Below are positions 12,321-25,984 of a stretch of 64,000 nt of DNA, piece by piece (position 1 is the stretch's first letter; every line of letters begins with the position of its first letter). The position numbers and the translations under genes are program-made. Below the pieces are notes generated by a model. It ran no database searches. It was not told the DNA's origin and saw only the letters and a list, made by a program, of their open reading frames with translations. The stretch is from Octopus sinensis (Eukaryota), in assembly GCF_006345805.1 (NCBI RefSeq), contig NC_043006.1, forward strand, positions 28,024,001-28,088,000, written 5' to 3'.

Positions 12321-13529
12321 GTAAGTGTTTCTCCTTTATTTCATTTCATATTTGTAGCATATTCACAACAGAAATCGTAGTAATCTTCTAGAGTCCAAAT
12401 ACATACAGTAAGAAAGTTTTTTGTAGGGAGGTGGGGCTTCTGTTGACAATGCTCCAGAGAAATTGTTTTCACCTCAATAGACGTCATTGATTGGTTGAAA
12501 TTGCCGAAATGCAAGAAATTAAAGACCAAATAGCTTACAAACTTCAGAATTTTCTCAAGAAAGCCAAGAGAAAAAGATGTTTTATAAACACATTCTACCA
12601 GCATACGAAGTTTAAAATTTTTTAGTTACAAAGAAATTATTTTAAAAATCTGCTGGTCAAAGCGAAAAGATCCGCGAGTTTGTGTTCCTTATGCATTCTA
12701 AAACCGAGTTGTCAATTTTCATGTAAAAGGTATCAAAAGATTCAGTAAGCTTTTGGCTACCAACTAGACTATATTTTCATTCACATATTTGCATTATAAA
12801 AATTTAACGTTATCACTTTTCTTTTAGTCACCTATCGTAAACAACATTTTATACCACCACCATACTGACAATGAAATCACATTTTCTATATGACTGTGTT
12901 CGCATGTTCGTTACCTACGTTAGGCCGATGACTGACAAGTGTATGATGGTTTATGTGGTCCGTCAGTATGCATACATTTTTGTGACTGACACACACACAC
13001 ACATACATCTAAAGACAGATACACACAGGGACAGAGATAGGCTTCCGTTGTGCATTAATGTGTGTGTGTGTGTGTGTGTGTCTTAGTTTATATAAGTAAC
13101 TCCCCCCACCACAACAGTGAAACACGCCGATATTGAAAGTTTACTTGCAGTGTGGACTTCAAACAAACAACAATGTTCACTTACAAGTACTACCAACATG
13201 ATTTGACTGATTTAACAGCACTCTCAGTGCTCGCAAATATATCAGAAAAAAAAAAAATATTATTCTGGTTATTATAACAAATTCGGAAACTTGGTGAAGT
13301 AGAAAGCCTCAGCAGCTCTTTCAATATAATTACAGAAATGTTATTCCACTCCTTCTAACCAGTTTCAGGATAATTTTTTTAAAAACAGTTCTTGTATTCT
13401 TCATCACTGTGAGCCTCAACATTGCACAGCCGTTTTACTGCATTGCTCAGTATTTATTCTACAGCCTATAATGCCACACAGTTCAAAAATATATAGTAAT
13501 GTCAAATTTATTAATATCTTGCTAAGTAT

Positions 13530-14130
13530 GCTGTGCGTGAGAAGACCTGGCAGGACAAGTGAGACCATAACCCATGGCCTCTACCTGGGATGTAGCCAGT
13601 CCACTTATGCATACTTTTCCTTCTTGGGACACAAAACTCTACTTGTGAAGACCTGTTGAGGCAAGTGAGAATCAGAATCGAAATGGAAATGGAAATTTTA
13701 GCTGTGATACCAGTGCCAGTGGCACGTAAGTGAACCATCCGAACGTGGTCGTTGCCAGAGCCACCCCGACGGGCCTCCGTGCTGGTGGCACGTAAGAAGC
13801 ACCATCTGATCGTGGCCGTTGCCAGCCTTGCCTGGCCCCCATGCTGGTGGCACATAAAAAGCACCATCTGATTGTGGCTGTTGCCAGCCTCGCCTGGCCC
13901 CGGTGCCAGTGGCACGTAAAAAGTACCATCCGACCATGGTCGTTTACCAGCCCCGTCTGGCAGCTGTGCCGGTGGCACGTAAAAAGCACCCACTACACTC
14001 ACGGAGTGGTTGGCGTTAGGAAGGGCATCCAGCCGTAGAAGCATTGCCAGATCAGACTGGGCCTGGTGCAGCCTTCTGGCTTCCCAGACCCCAGTTGAAC
14101 CGTCCAACCCATGCTAGCATGGAAAGCAGA
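13530..14130 (+). mobile_element. RTE 3'-tail repeat with ~5 internal tandem units
   Basis: Same tail family as 9700-10200, ending in (GAT)n; other copies at ~207, 6229, 14200, 22600, 39745, 42810, 45545, 45765, 59385 and 61770. Confidence 0.8.
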
Positions 14131-15150
14131 CACTAAATGATGATGATACATCCTAGATCGTAGTCATGTAACTGGCATGTAAACAGTACCCTTCGAATGT
14201 TGGGCAATATGCTGTGCTTGAGAAGACCTGTCAATCCAAGTGAAATTGTAGTTGTGGCCAATGTAACTGGCACGTAAAAAACACTGTTTGATTGTGGGGC
14301 CCTCAACAGAGGCTGTGACAGGTGACTGAGACCTTTGGTGATATGCTGTGCTTGAGTAGACCCGTCAATCCAAGTGAGATCATAGTCATGGCTGATGCTA
14401 GTATCACAACTGGCACCCATGCCAATGGCACTAAAAAGCATCCACTACAGTCTTGCAGTGGTTGGAGTTAGGAAGGGCACCCAGCTGTAGAAACTATGCC
14501 AAATCAGATTGCAACCTGGTGCCACTCCCCAGCTTACTAGTTTTCAGTCAAACTGTCTAACCCATGCCAGCATGGAAAATGGATGTTAAATGATGATGAT
14601 GATGATGAATAGTAATGGAATTTAATTTGAACTGTTTAAGGGAGGTAACCAAAACTAGTTTATTGTAACCCCTAGTACAAACTTGCACCAAATTTCACTG
14701 TCACTTTAGGGTCTGCAAAGTGAGGACTAGTAATACGCTAATTAACTTTATCTCTACCCTTAACAAAAATAAAAATATTTTGAACTATAGGAAGAAACTG
14801 ATATTGAATAAATCTTTTAGGAAAACAGGTGGCAAGCTAACAGAATCGTTAGTGCATCAGATTTGCAGTATTTCTTTTGATTCTGAGCTCAACTTTATTC
14901 TCTATCCTTTGATATGGAGGGTCGATGAAATATTGTACCAGTCAAGTATTTGGTGGATCTAATTGATTAACATCATCCACTCAAAATCACCGGTCTTGTG
15001 CCATAATTAGATGGCATTTTACATGGAAAATACATCTAAGTTTACTTCAGTTTATTCCAAGTATATCACAATGTTGTTTATCTTTTTGGTTTGTTAAAAA
15101 AACCTAGCATAGAAAATGTGGTATTAATAATAATAATATTTATTTTCTAG

Positions 15151-15221
15151 CCACCGTTGCCTCTCTGCTCAGCTACTGTGTCAAGATTACTCGATGCCAA
15201 TTTACACCTTCTGTTGGTGCT
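15151..15221 (+). CDS. PARL: PARL exon (ends PSVGA, first half of the catalytic GASG)
   Basis: ttctag/gtaagt; TVASLLSYCVKITRCQFTPSVGA; phase 1-0. Confidence 0.93.
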
Positions 15222-16360
15222 GTAAGTTTTAGTTTTTGTTCTAAGGCTCTAATTTTAACTCATTCTATTCTATTTTCCCCCCTTAAACTTTTTAATTCTG
15301 TATTTACTATTTATTCTAAATACTATATTATTGAGTGCAGCAAACATAATTGAAAAGAGGTAAAAATCTTAGCAAGCTCACACTGTAACTTTGCTTTGAT
15401 ACCTGGTTGATCCTTCAGCTCAGCTTCAATGGAAGACATATTTCAAAGGTATCCCACCAACCTTTATCTATATCAAGATACTTATTCCTGTTCAGAGAGA
15501 GAGTCACCTCCCCTTCTTTTAAATACACTTCCATTCAGCTGAGAAGGCTTTTTCTTGTCTTGTAAGTTACTTGACAACCTTACTAATGCTGGTGGCATGG
15601 AAAAAAAAAAATCACCCAGTAAATGCTGTTAAACAGTTGGTGATAGGAAGAACATTCAGGTATAGAAAACACCAATGCTGTCTTTGGAGCTTGACAGTTG
15701 TGTGATTTGTAGGATCCTGTCAAACCGATGCTAGCATGGAAAACAGAAGATGATGCTGATATATATGTGAAGGCACATTGCCTAGTGGTTAGGCTATCAA
15801 TCCTTATGTCATGGATTCAGTTTCTGGAGGGTGGCATGTTGTGTCCTTGAGCATGGCACTTCATTTTATGTTGCTCCAGTCTCTCTCTCCCTCTTGCTGT
15901 TACATCCTCAGTGTTCTGTTGAGTCAAGGAGGTGGGAAAGAGCGTTATGTTTGCTCATCACCACACAGGCACCTAAAGCAGTTAGTGAAAACCTGGTATA
16001 TGCTACCAAGTCACGTTTGGTTGCAAGTGATAGCTATGGTTTCATATATATTATTTATGTATATATATATATATCTGTACATACATCATCATTTAACATC
16101 CATCTTCCATACCGACATGGGTCGGACAGTTTGAAATGATCCAATGAGTTGGAAGACTGTGCATATACACATACAAACAGACTTCCGTAGTTTCTGCTTA
16201 CCAATTCTACTCACAAAATATTGGTTGGCTCTGCATTTGCTAGTAATAGTAATATTTGTTTACCAAACCAAAGCATGATTACATTCATATTTTACAGTTA
16301 CTTTTTTAAAGACATTGATCTATGATGTTAGTAATTCTTTCTTTTTTTATTTATTGTTAG

Positions 16361-16471
16361 TCTGGTGCCCTGATGGCTGTTCTGGGAGCTGTCTGCCTTA
16401 CTTATCCTAATGCACAATTATCAATAGCATTTATTGGTGATATCATCCCTCATTCTTTTTCAGCTAGTGCA
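16361..16471 (+). CDS. PARL: PARL exon (begins with catalytic Ser, SGALMAVLGAVC)
   Basis: gttag/gtgagt; 111 nt, phase 0-0; completes GASG across the intron. Confidence 0.94.
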
Positions 16472-17796
16472 GTGAGTATCCTTATGAAATTTATTAACAT
16501 TACGTAGATGTGTCCAGCATTGTTGTTGTTTAGCCCCATGTTAGCTCTGATAGAACCAGCTTATAATCAAAGGCTTTCATAGTGTTTCCCCAAAGTACAT
16601 TAACCAATGAGTCTACTTTATTTCTTTAAGCTGATAGGTATGTAGTCTCAGGCAGGTTGGTTTGAAAAATGTCAAGCTTTCTCTTTCGTTTTATTTTGGA
16701 GTTTTTGATTTCCTTGTTGGGTTACCTCTGTTGTAGTGTGAGTTATATATACCTCTTTAATAAAGATACTAAGGGGAAAGTGAAGAACCATGTTGTTATA
16801 TCTACACGTCTTGTTGTATAAAACCGTTTTCATTGATTTAGGCTATGATTTTGGAAAAGAAAAGAAAGCTATTCAGTTACAAAATGAAGAGAAAGTGTTT
16901 ATGAAATTACCTAAATCAACAGAGATAGAAACATCAAGTTTTATCTTTGGAACACTAGTGTTTCTGTTTATTACTGAATTGCACTTAGTTTTATGTACCT
17001 AAGAATAGTAAAAAATTGCAGCAGGGAAGTATGTATATGTGTGGGTGGATGTTTGATCTAATAAGCAGGGCACATAATTTTATGTTGTTTCACTTTACTC
17101 AGCTGAAAATTAGTACTACCTGAGTGTTGATGCAGCTGACCTTGTCCCTAACAGTCTCATCCTGGGTGATCTGCTGGGTCAGGGGTGGGAGAGCTGAGAG
17201 GGTGTTTAGCAAAAGCTTGGTACAAGCTACAAGATCATACTCTCTTGCAAGTGATGGCTAAGCAGTAGTTGCAGTACTTCACTTAGATTGTTAATAGCCT
17301 TCAGAAAAGGACATCACAAAATATATATTAGACAGTTTAACAGGTTCTGATGGGTCCAAAGACTGTATTGTATTTAAGTGTCTGCTTTGACATAATTTCT
17401 ACGACTGGATGTCCTTCTTGATACTAACCCCATTAATGTTATGGGAGCTTTTTTCATGGCATCAGCACCAGTGAGGGCTCGCCATACAGTTTGAAAGACT
17501 ACAAATCCTGAGGGGGAAGCTTTATGCTAGGGGATGAAGGATAAATGTATGAAAAACATGACCAGAGCAGAACAAGTTTCCTGCTGTAGTTTCTACATAA
17601 CTGGTAGAGCTGGAAAGAGACACAAATAGAAATGAGGTGTCTGGGTGAATCCTCAAGGCACAAGATGAGTAGAAATGAATGTAACAGTGAGAACAGGAGT
17701 GTGGGGTGAGGGAGAGAGCCTGTAAAAGTTCAATCTATAAAAATAAACATCATCAAGAAATGGATTATTTATTATATAAGTGCATTTTATTTTTAG

Positions 17797-17894
17797 GTAC
17801 TGAAAGTAATCATTGCCTTTGACACAGTTGGTGTACTTGCTGGCTGGAAATTCTTCGATCATGCAGCTCATCTTGGAGGCATGCTGTTTGGACT
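17797..17894 (+). CDS. PARL: PARL exon (catalytic His, [13 protein letters not shown])
   Basis: tttag/gtaagt; [32 protein letters not shown]; phase 0-2. Confidence 0.96.
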
Positions 17895-18781
17895 GTAAGT
17901 GAGCATTAATCAACATCATTTCTGAAGTATTTGCTGTTTTTTCTTTCTCTCAAAGCATAACCCTTTTGATACCAATTCACTTTATGACAGCAATCCACAA
18001 CACTGGTGTGTAATGGCATTCTGAGCAAGTTGTGTTTTTCAACACTCCAAAACTCTAAAGAGAAGATACTCTAAGATAAAATATTACAGCTAGCACCATT
18101 CTACATTTGTATATAATCACTACTTTAATCTAGGTGCATATATTGATAAAATTAGTTATCAAATTCTGGTCTAATTTCAAAATTAAACCAAAGCACTTAA
18201 ACAGTGTAAATAGCTGTGTGGTTAAGGTTGCTTCACAAGCACAAGATTTTGGGTTCAGTCTCACTGTGCAGCATCTTGGGCAAGTGTCTTCTACTATAGT
18301 CCTAGGCCTACCAATGTCTTGTGAATTTGGTAAAATGGAACTGTGCAGAAGCATGTGATTGTGTTTGTCTTTCACTGTCTGACAAACAGTGTTGATTTGT
18401 TTATTTTCTTGAAATTTAGTGGTTCAGCAAAAAGCATCAATAGAATAGGTACTGAAACCAGTGAAAGAGTTTATTTCATTAAATATATTGTCATGAAAGT
18501 CTAAACGTAATATTTCTTAACTTTCACTGAAATCAAACTTGCGTTGTTTTTTTTATATCAATTCAGATTTTTCTAGGTCAGCTTCACTTATCATCTTTCC
18601 AAGTTGGCTGAAAATAAGTTCCAGCAAGGTTGATTATATCCTGCTCTACTGGAAAACTAGGGGTTTTGGCTTTAGTGGTGGGGTAACATAGGCCTAATTC
18701 TAAACTTCTGATAATGTAGTAATTTGAAACTTAAAATATTGTATATAGATAATATTTTGTATTTCCATTTTTGATTTTCAG

Positions 18782-18869
18782 ATGGTATGTGACATATGGT
18801 AGAAAACTGATCTGGGAACAGCGTGAATCAGTACAGAAATGGTGGCACCACATTAGAGGAGATCCTTGA
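18782..18869 (+). CDS. PARL: PARL last coding exon
   Basis: tttcag acceptor; WYVTYGRKLIWEQRESVQKWWHHIRRDP*, matching PARL WYVTYGHELIWKNRE. Confidence 0.95.
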
Positions 18870-18970
18870 AAATTACACATGTACACAAACTCAAATTGTG
18901 ATATATTTGTCATTTTGTTGGAATTACGATAATCTTACATTATTACAATTTTTTTTATATAATTTATTCC

Positions 18971-18976
18971 AATAAA
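18971..18976 (+). terminator. Candidate PARL polyadenylation signal
   Basis: AATAAA ~100 nt after the stop codon; a second at ~19021. Confidence 0.5.
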
Positions 18977-19149
18977 ACATAAAAGTATTTCTCCACAAGA
19001 TTTCTACCTTAAAAAAGTTCAATAAAAAAAAAGTTAACATTGATTTTTGTCAGTCTCTTCAAAGCATTCAGCATGTGAATGAAAAGCTTATATAAATGCC
19101 TTCCTTACATATTGTTGTCCTAATAAATTTGTAAACACCTGTCAGTTCC

Positions 19150-19675
19150 TTGATGTAACTGCTGAGGTGGCCATAAGGACAAAAGTACATGCCCAAAGTG
19201 AGGTGTGCTCTAGTACCAGTGTCTTTAACAAATTTCTCTTGTGTCACTCCAAGATTGATGACTCTTATAACCCATACTCAAGAGAATGTTTGGGCTTGCA
19301 GTAGGATAAATCTTCATGAAAAAAGCAGTTTGTCAAAGAAGTGTCAGTGTCTATTAACTTTACTCACAGTTGGCAGTAGTGCTATCTTAAATGTATTTTG
19401 AGAGCATTCTCTCTTGAAGATAGCAGCACTGGCAACATCCAGCGCTGCATTAAAAAGCATTGACTACCTTTGGAGAAACTGTGCAAAGACGTTTGAAATA
19501 AAAGCCTTCAATCCTCAACAAAATCACCATATAAGTGGCATCACCAACTTCCTTCATAGCTCTGAAGCTTGGATAGCATGAACACTTCCATATGAACTGC
19601 CTCCAGCGTATCCTGGGAGTTATCTGACAGGATCTATGTACCTCACAATAAAATCCTTGTGAGGACTAATGATTA
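19150..19675 (+). mobile_element. Degraded RTE-like LINE fragment, interrupted by the DNA transposon at 19676
   Basis: Remnants SEAW...HMNCLQRILGVI*QD (consensus FHMRCLRRILGISWQD); continues as LGHMKRI at ~22009-22030. Confidence 0.6.
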
Positions 19676-21990
19676 CACTGGCCAAAAAATTCTAGCTTTT
19701 TGTCTGTTGACCTAACTTTGAGATCTGTTTTGGGGTAATCTGGAGTCACTGAGTTTAAAAATGGCAATAATTTTTTTCTATGAGCTGGCCCATATTAGCT
19801 CCACCTGTATCTCCATGTATTAGAAATTTCTCGATGCATTTTTTGTAGGGTACGTTAGCAGTAAGAGCCTCGGTGTCATTTGAGCGTTCAGTGAGTGAGG
19901 TTGTGACGTTCTGTCGGCCTAGTATATGTACCTGTGTAGAAGTGTGTTTCCTAAAAAACTGTGTGCTTAGTCATCTTAATCTGCATTGTTAATCTCTTCT
20001 TACGAATCAACAAATGTACAAAAGATATTATAGTTAAACATTTCTACTGAATATTTATAAATATGCTCCTTATCTCTCTTTACATATTTATTTCATGAAA
20101 TAACGCAGGGGTTCAGTAGCACGGCATCATTGCGAAGGAAATGTTTGAATTACCGACTCTTTTTGTGATATATGTGGGTGTTTTACAGTCAAAGAAGAAT
20201 GAACATTAGTGACTTTGTGAAAAGATCCTACTTGACTTACTTTAAGATTAATGTTGGTGATGAGGATAAATCGTGAACTTTGCACAATGTATGTAAACCC
20301 TGTGTCAAAAATCCATGCCAATGGATAAAGGCCACAAGGAAACAATTAACATTTGGCATTCCTAAGGTATGGTGGGAGCCAAAGAACCATGTAAATGAGT
20401 GTTAGTTTTGTCTCATGAAGACCTGTTTATAGTAAGAAAACAAGCTATGCAAATCTGGATTTAGCAGTTCATCCAGTGTTTCACTCAGATGAAATACCAG
20501 TACCCGTTTCCAAGGATCTACCTTCACTGCAAAATAAAATGATATATGTGAAGTAGATGTAAATCATGAAAATGACAGTGATATAGACATTGTAGAAATA
20601 TCAACCACTGAACATGAAAACTTCAACCAGGCAGAACTTGATCTTGTTAGAGACTTAGGATTGTTAGAAGACTTATCAGAACTTCTAGGTGTAAAGAGAA
20701 GAATCTGTTACAGAAAGAAACGTGACTTTTTATCGGAATAGGGGAAAAAAGATATCTTGACATTCTTTACAGCTGAAAAAGATTTTGTTTACTCTTGAGA
20801 CGTGGCAGAACTGTTAAACATGATGGGTATTGAACAATATGATCCTAGTGAATGGAGAATCTTTATAAATAGTTCAAAGAAGAGTCTAAAATGTGTATTG
20901 CTCCATAATGGAAACTTGTTTGGTGCACTTCCTATTGGTCACTGTGCATTTAAAAGAAAATTATGATCACATAAAAGTTGTATTAGATTTATTCAAGTAA
21001 GATGAACACAAATGGGTCATATGTGTGATTCTAAAAATGGTTGACTTTTTACTTGGCCAACACGGAGGGTATACAAAATATCCGTGTTTCCTGTGTTTAT
21101 GGGATAGCTGAGCAAAAACCAAACACTGGGAACAGAAACTCTGTCCAGTTTGGAAAATTTTGACTGTTGGGGAGAATATCATACACTAACCAAACATCTG
21201 TTGAGTGAGAGAAAATCATCTCCCCCACCCCTTTTAAAACAATTTATCAAAGCTGTTAATGTGTAGGGTAACCGTTTCAAATTCATATATACATTTCCTG
21301 GACTAAGTTATGATAAAATGCCAGAATTTCTCAAGCTCAATAACTGATGTAGAAAAAAGAGCATGGGATTTATCTGTGGCTGTGATGAAAGGATTTCAAG
21401 GGAGTGAAAAGGCTGCAAACTACAAGGATTTGGTGGAGACATTACTTGATAGATTTCATCTTTTAGGCTGCAACATGAGCATAAAGCTTCATTCCTTGTA
21501 AGAATCATCTTGATGAATTTCCTGCTAACCTTAGAGACATGAGTGATGAGCGTTTTCATCAAGCAATCAAGATTATGGAGGAAAGATATCAAAACCGATG
21601 GAACGCACTGGTGATAGCAGACTACTGTTGGTGTATTCAAAGAGACTGTGTAGACATGAACACTCCCTCAAGTGGAAGTTTGTTCTGTGAGTATGAAGGT
21701 ATAAGTTTGTGTTTTATCCATCATATTAGAGAATCAGTAATAAGTATTTAGTAAAAGGTGATGCTACATTACATTTCATATTTTATTGACATTATAACTT
21801 ATGGTTTGAAGCTATGAGTTTTAGTAAACTATCCTCACCAAGTAAATTTATGCAATGCATCATAAAACAGGGTTATGCTATAGAATGAAAACCTGATGTG
21901 TTAGAAAAATAAGGGATGCATATTTGAAATCAGCATCTCAAAATTAACTAAAAACAACCACAAAACAGAAGCCAGCAAAAAGTGTGTTAG
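19676..21990 (+). mobile_element. Decayed DNA transposon, probably Chapaev3 (CMC superfamily)
   Basis: ATTA|CACTGG left end. Fragmented transposase: FCYICG, WEPKNH...CYFC, EWRIFINSSKKSLKCVLLHNGN, LGQHGGYTKYPCFLCLWDS, GCNMSIKLH, SDERFHQAIKIMEERYQNRW...ADYCW. Many stops and frameshifts; family name is from memory. Confidence 0.7.
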
Positions 21991-24900
21991 CTAACATCAA
22001 ATATAGTAACTGGGACACATGAAAAGAATACACTTACGTTGGTTGTTCCCAAGAATGGCTTATAATGTCCTGTATTTAACATTTAACTGGAGAACTGAAA
22101 TGCTTTGAGGAAATGCAAGATCAGTCTGTTGTTGCTGGTCATAGCATTTGGTAATGGCTGTATGGAGATGGGGTCTAATACTAGAGAGGGAGAGCAGAAA
22201 AGAGTCTTCATTACTATTACCACCACCAACACCTATACATTTCCCCAAAGAGCCAGGCTCACCATCAAGAAAGTCTATAACATCATTAAAAATTAACTAA
22301 TTGATCTTCCCTCTGGCTGGGTAACCGTGTATCTCCTCTACAACAACACACCTGTTTCTTCCCTCATTCTTGATTGCTCTTACCTTTGGCTAGGAAATCA
22401 TGTATCTCCTTCACATCAGCACTTGTTTTCTGTCCTCTTGTTAACTCTCCCTCCCTCTGGGTAACCATGTACCTCCTCTGAAGCAAGAGACATGTTTCTG
22501 TCATACTCTTAACCATTCATCTAGCACAAGATCACCTCCTCCCCTCTCAAAGATTCCTCATCTTGCAAAGTTACTTGGTGACCCTGTCAGTGCAGGTTCC
22601 ACTTAAAAGCATTGTCCACACTGTAAAGTGTTTGGAACTTGGAAGGGCATCCAGCTGTAAAAACCATGCCAAAACTGACTTCGCCTATGCTGGTGCCACA
22701 TAAAAAGCACTCTGTCCATTCTGCAGAGTGGTTGGTGTTAGGAAGTGCATCCAGCTGTAAAAACCATGGCAAAACAGAAGTATGGTGCAGCCTCTGTCCA
22801 ACCCATGCCAGCATGGAAGGGGGATGTTAAACAATGATGATGATGATAGTCTTCTTAGATCCAAGACAACTAGAATGGTTATATTGCCAATACCACTTAC
22901 ACCAAATCATTCAACCTGCTAGAAACAGCTGCTACCTTACCCTCATATATGTTAGTCATAAAAAAAGAACATTTGAAAAGAGTGGGTAAATTTTTACTAT
23001 TACACTTGTAATAGTAAAAATTTACTAGAAAATGTCACAGAATAAGAGAAGAAAATGTAAAATATTAAATATTTTGAACGAAAAATTATTTCACAGAAGG
23101 AAACAATCACCCAATTGCTTTCCACTAGTGATAGCTATTCTGAAAGCCCACTGATCAGGGATTACTCCTGTCTCATGAGATGGATGTAATGGTGAAAATT
23201 TACCAAAAACTGAAATGTCTACTCATAGGTAAGTGTAATGACAGAGTTTTCTCATGGGAAATGTAATTTCAACAGTTATTCCAATTATCCAGCCATAACT
23301 TTTCATAGCATTACATTTGTGTAGAAAGCTATCACAAAATATGTGAACAGTGTTTAGTTCTAAGCCTGGTTATTAAAGACGTTCCAACTGTCGACTCATT
23401 TTATTTTGCCAGCTTTCGTTTTATGTACATATAATGGTCTTTTAATGTTACATTTAGTGTTATGAGTAATGTTTCAATATCAAAACTGTGTAAAAACTAT
23501 TTTAGTACTGGGTTTTCTTGAGCCTATGAAACTAATTGTGGTAATTTTTTGATATTTGCATTTAAAATAATCAACAAATTGAAAGGTTATAATCATTAAA
23601 TATTGCCAATAAAGTAGAACTGAATATTTTATGATCAAAATTATCTTAGATTTATTCTTTTAACGAGTTGCTCGATTAAAGGCGGTGCTCTAGCATGGTC
23701 GCAGTCAAATGACTGAAAAGAGTAAAGAGTATACTAATTAAATAGGATAATATCTAAAGCATTTGATAATGATGATTTAAATGAAGATGATAATGCAGCA
23801 GAGAAATGATTTTTTTGTATATGAGTTCCCGCGTGTAGAGCTCAAACTCGTCAAGATGTTAATGGGGTACCGACAGAACAATAGTATGAAGTGAAATACA
23901 ATTCAACATGGAAATAAAAAAATACCCTATAACCCGAAGAAACTAGTGATGGTGTGCGGAGGCCTACAAACGGAGGTCAGACCCCGCTCGAAACTTTAGG
24001 ACTCACCTAAACTCTTCAACTAGAACAGGTGCCGAGTTTTAGAAATAAGGAGGAAGTTTGTGAGGATCAGAATTATATTCAGCTCATTCCCAACAGGCAT
24101 GCCTCAACCAAAAAGGGAAGCAACATTCCTGAGAGGTTAGCTTATCCATTCTAAACTACATCATTTCCATTAAACTTCCCCTCAGTGTCTAAAACAGACT
24201 CGGGAGACGGATATCATCACTTCGACCGTTAAGTCGATCAAATAAGATCAAAATGTATCAAGTTAAGTAAAAGAAGCAAAATAGAGAAGAGAAGGAAAGG
24301 AAAGGAAATGAGAGGAGAGAAAAAAAATGGAGAAAAGAAATGAAGAAGAGAAAGCAGAGAGGAAAGGAAGAGATGCGAGCGACGGTGGTTTTATAAGAAT
24401 ATAACATATTGCATGTCGGGAAAGTTTACATTATATGAACTTATTTTTATTATTATTATATATGTTATATTCAAATAGTAATTAAATACCATAAATAAAT
24501 TTTTTTAAAATACCATCCTATATTGAAAGGATTTTATAACTTTCACATCGACAACCAATACAAATCTCATTCACGAGACGAGACTCAGTTTCTAGTTCCA
24601 GTTGCTGTTGTTTCGCTATGATCCTTGCAAATTATATTTTTGAAATTCGTTCTTAACTTTCGCCAAATATAGTTTGTTGGTTAGCCAGTTAAGAATTTTG
24701 AGGAAGGAGGAGTATTTTGGCTTGCAATTAAGATGTTGTTAACAGCGCACCTAAACTTTATTATATTCTTATTTTAATGTATAACTAGTCTCAAATTTCA
24801 CGAACCTGCCCGGTTATTTAGAATTGTAGAAAATCAGATAAATTTTCTTTCGAATTCACATATCGGTCAGGAATTTGTAGTAGTAAGCCTCAGAAATAAC

Positions 24901-25984
24901 TACTAGTAGTTGGTTGAGTTAGTTGAGAACTAATAGTTATTAGACAAATAAGTACTTTTTGGTTATCTCACCCCCATTAAAAAATTTAAGTTATCTCCTC
25001 ACTTAAAACTTGGGTTATCTCCGATATATAAAAACCAAAAATTTTTTTCAAGTGAGCTTTATATATGTCTTATTAATTGACATTTTAAGAACTAATTTCT
25101 TAATATAAAACAAACGTCGCAATTTTTAAGATGTGTTGTAGAGTATAAGAAAGCTTTTTCGAAGATGCTTCGTTCGGGAAGAGTCTATTTGCAAACACAC
25201 ACATATATATCTACATTTATATAGATATATATGCAGTGGTTCATGCAGGCAAGGCGTGGGTTCGATCCTCGATAGCAAAATTTCACCTAACTGTTCAACA
25301 GCACTTTTCTCAGTAAAATAACAGTTTTTCTGTGAGTGACAACAGTTACATTTGCCAGATGCCTTCGCTAAGCAGAATAATGTCTTTGCCACTTGACCTT
25401 TCTAACCTTTTCTAGGTCACCAAAAGCTAGACTAGAGATAACAGACTGCCAACGAAATTCATTGTTCTCAACAATACGTCTCTCCTAACTAGTTTTGGAT
25501 AATTATAATATCTAAAACACCGTAGGAAAAAAGAGTTGGTAAAAAGATGACGCAGAGGCGACCACAGGCAGAATCCAGTTAGTGAGATAATTCAACTGAG
25601 AGAGGCTTACAGTGAGAATGTCAACTATGATACAGTATCTTATCACAACACCACTGCGGTTTAAATGTCAGGCACAATGAAGGTATCATTTTATCGACTT
25701 CCTACACTTAACATTCACTCTACCTAACTAGTTAAGCAGGTAGCAGTTGACCAAACACAAACAGCAACAACATGTAAGAAAAGACAACTCTATTGTTTTT
25801 ATATGATACACACACCTGCCCGTCGTTAAAGTAACGGTAAATAAATATTTCTTTACAACTTTAATCCCTGTTCTTCTTCTATCTTGCACACTGCCAACCA
25901 ACACCTTAACAACAACCATTACAAGTTGGTGACCCACGACTGCAACGAAGAACTAACCGTTACACACACACATATATATATATA

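Noticed and set aside
13680-14000. CRISPR-like repeat/spacer look (GGTGGCACGTAAAAAGCACC units; also at 9790-10050 and 55820-56080)
   Set aside because: The 'spacers' are homologous to each other, the array is part of a dispersed RTE 3' tail, there are no cas genes, and the context is eukaryotic.
13511-14107. 198-aa ORF and similar 60-135-aa ORFs over RTE-tail and SINE copies
   Set aside because: Incidental frames in GC-richer repeats; the same peptides recur at every copy on either strand.
22036-22068. Apparent minus-strand mini-exon (…CAG/GTAAGT)
   Set aside because: Lies in the continuation of the decayed RTE fragment; no recognisable product.
25232-25275. tRNA-like B-box GGTTCGATCC
   Set aside because: No cloverleaf can be folded; more likely a SINE-head remnant.
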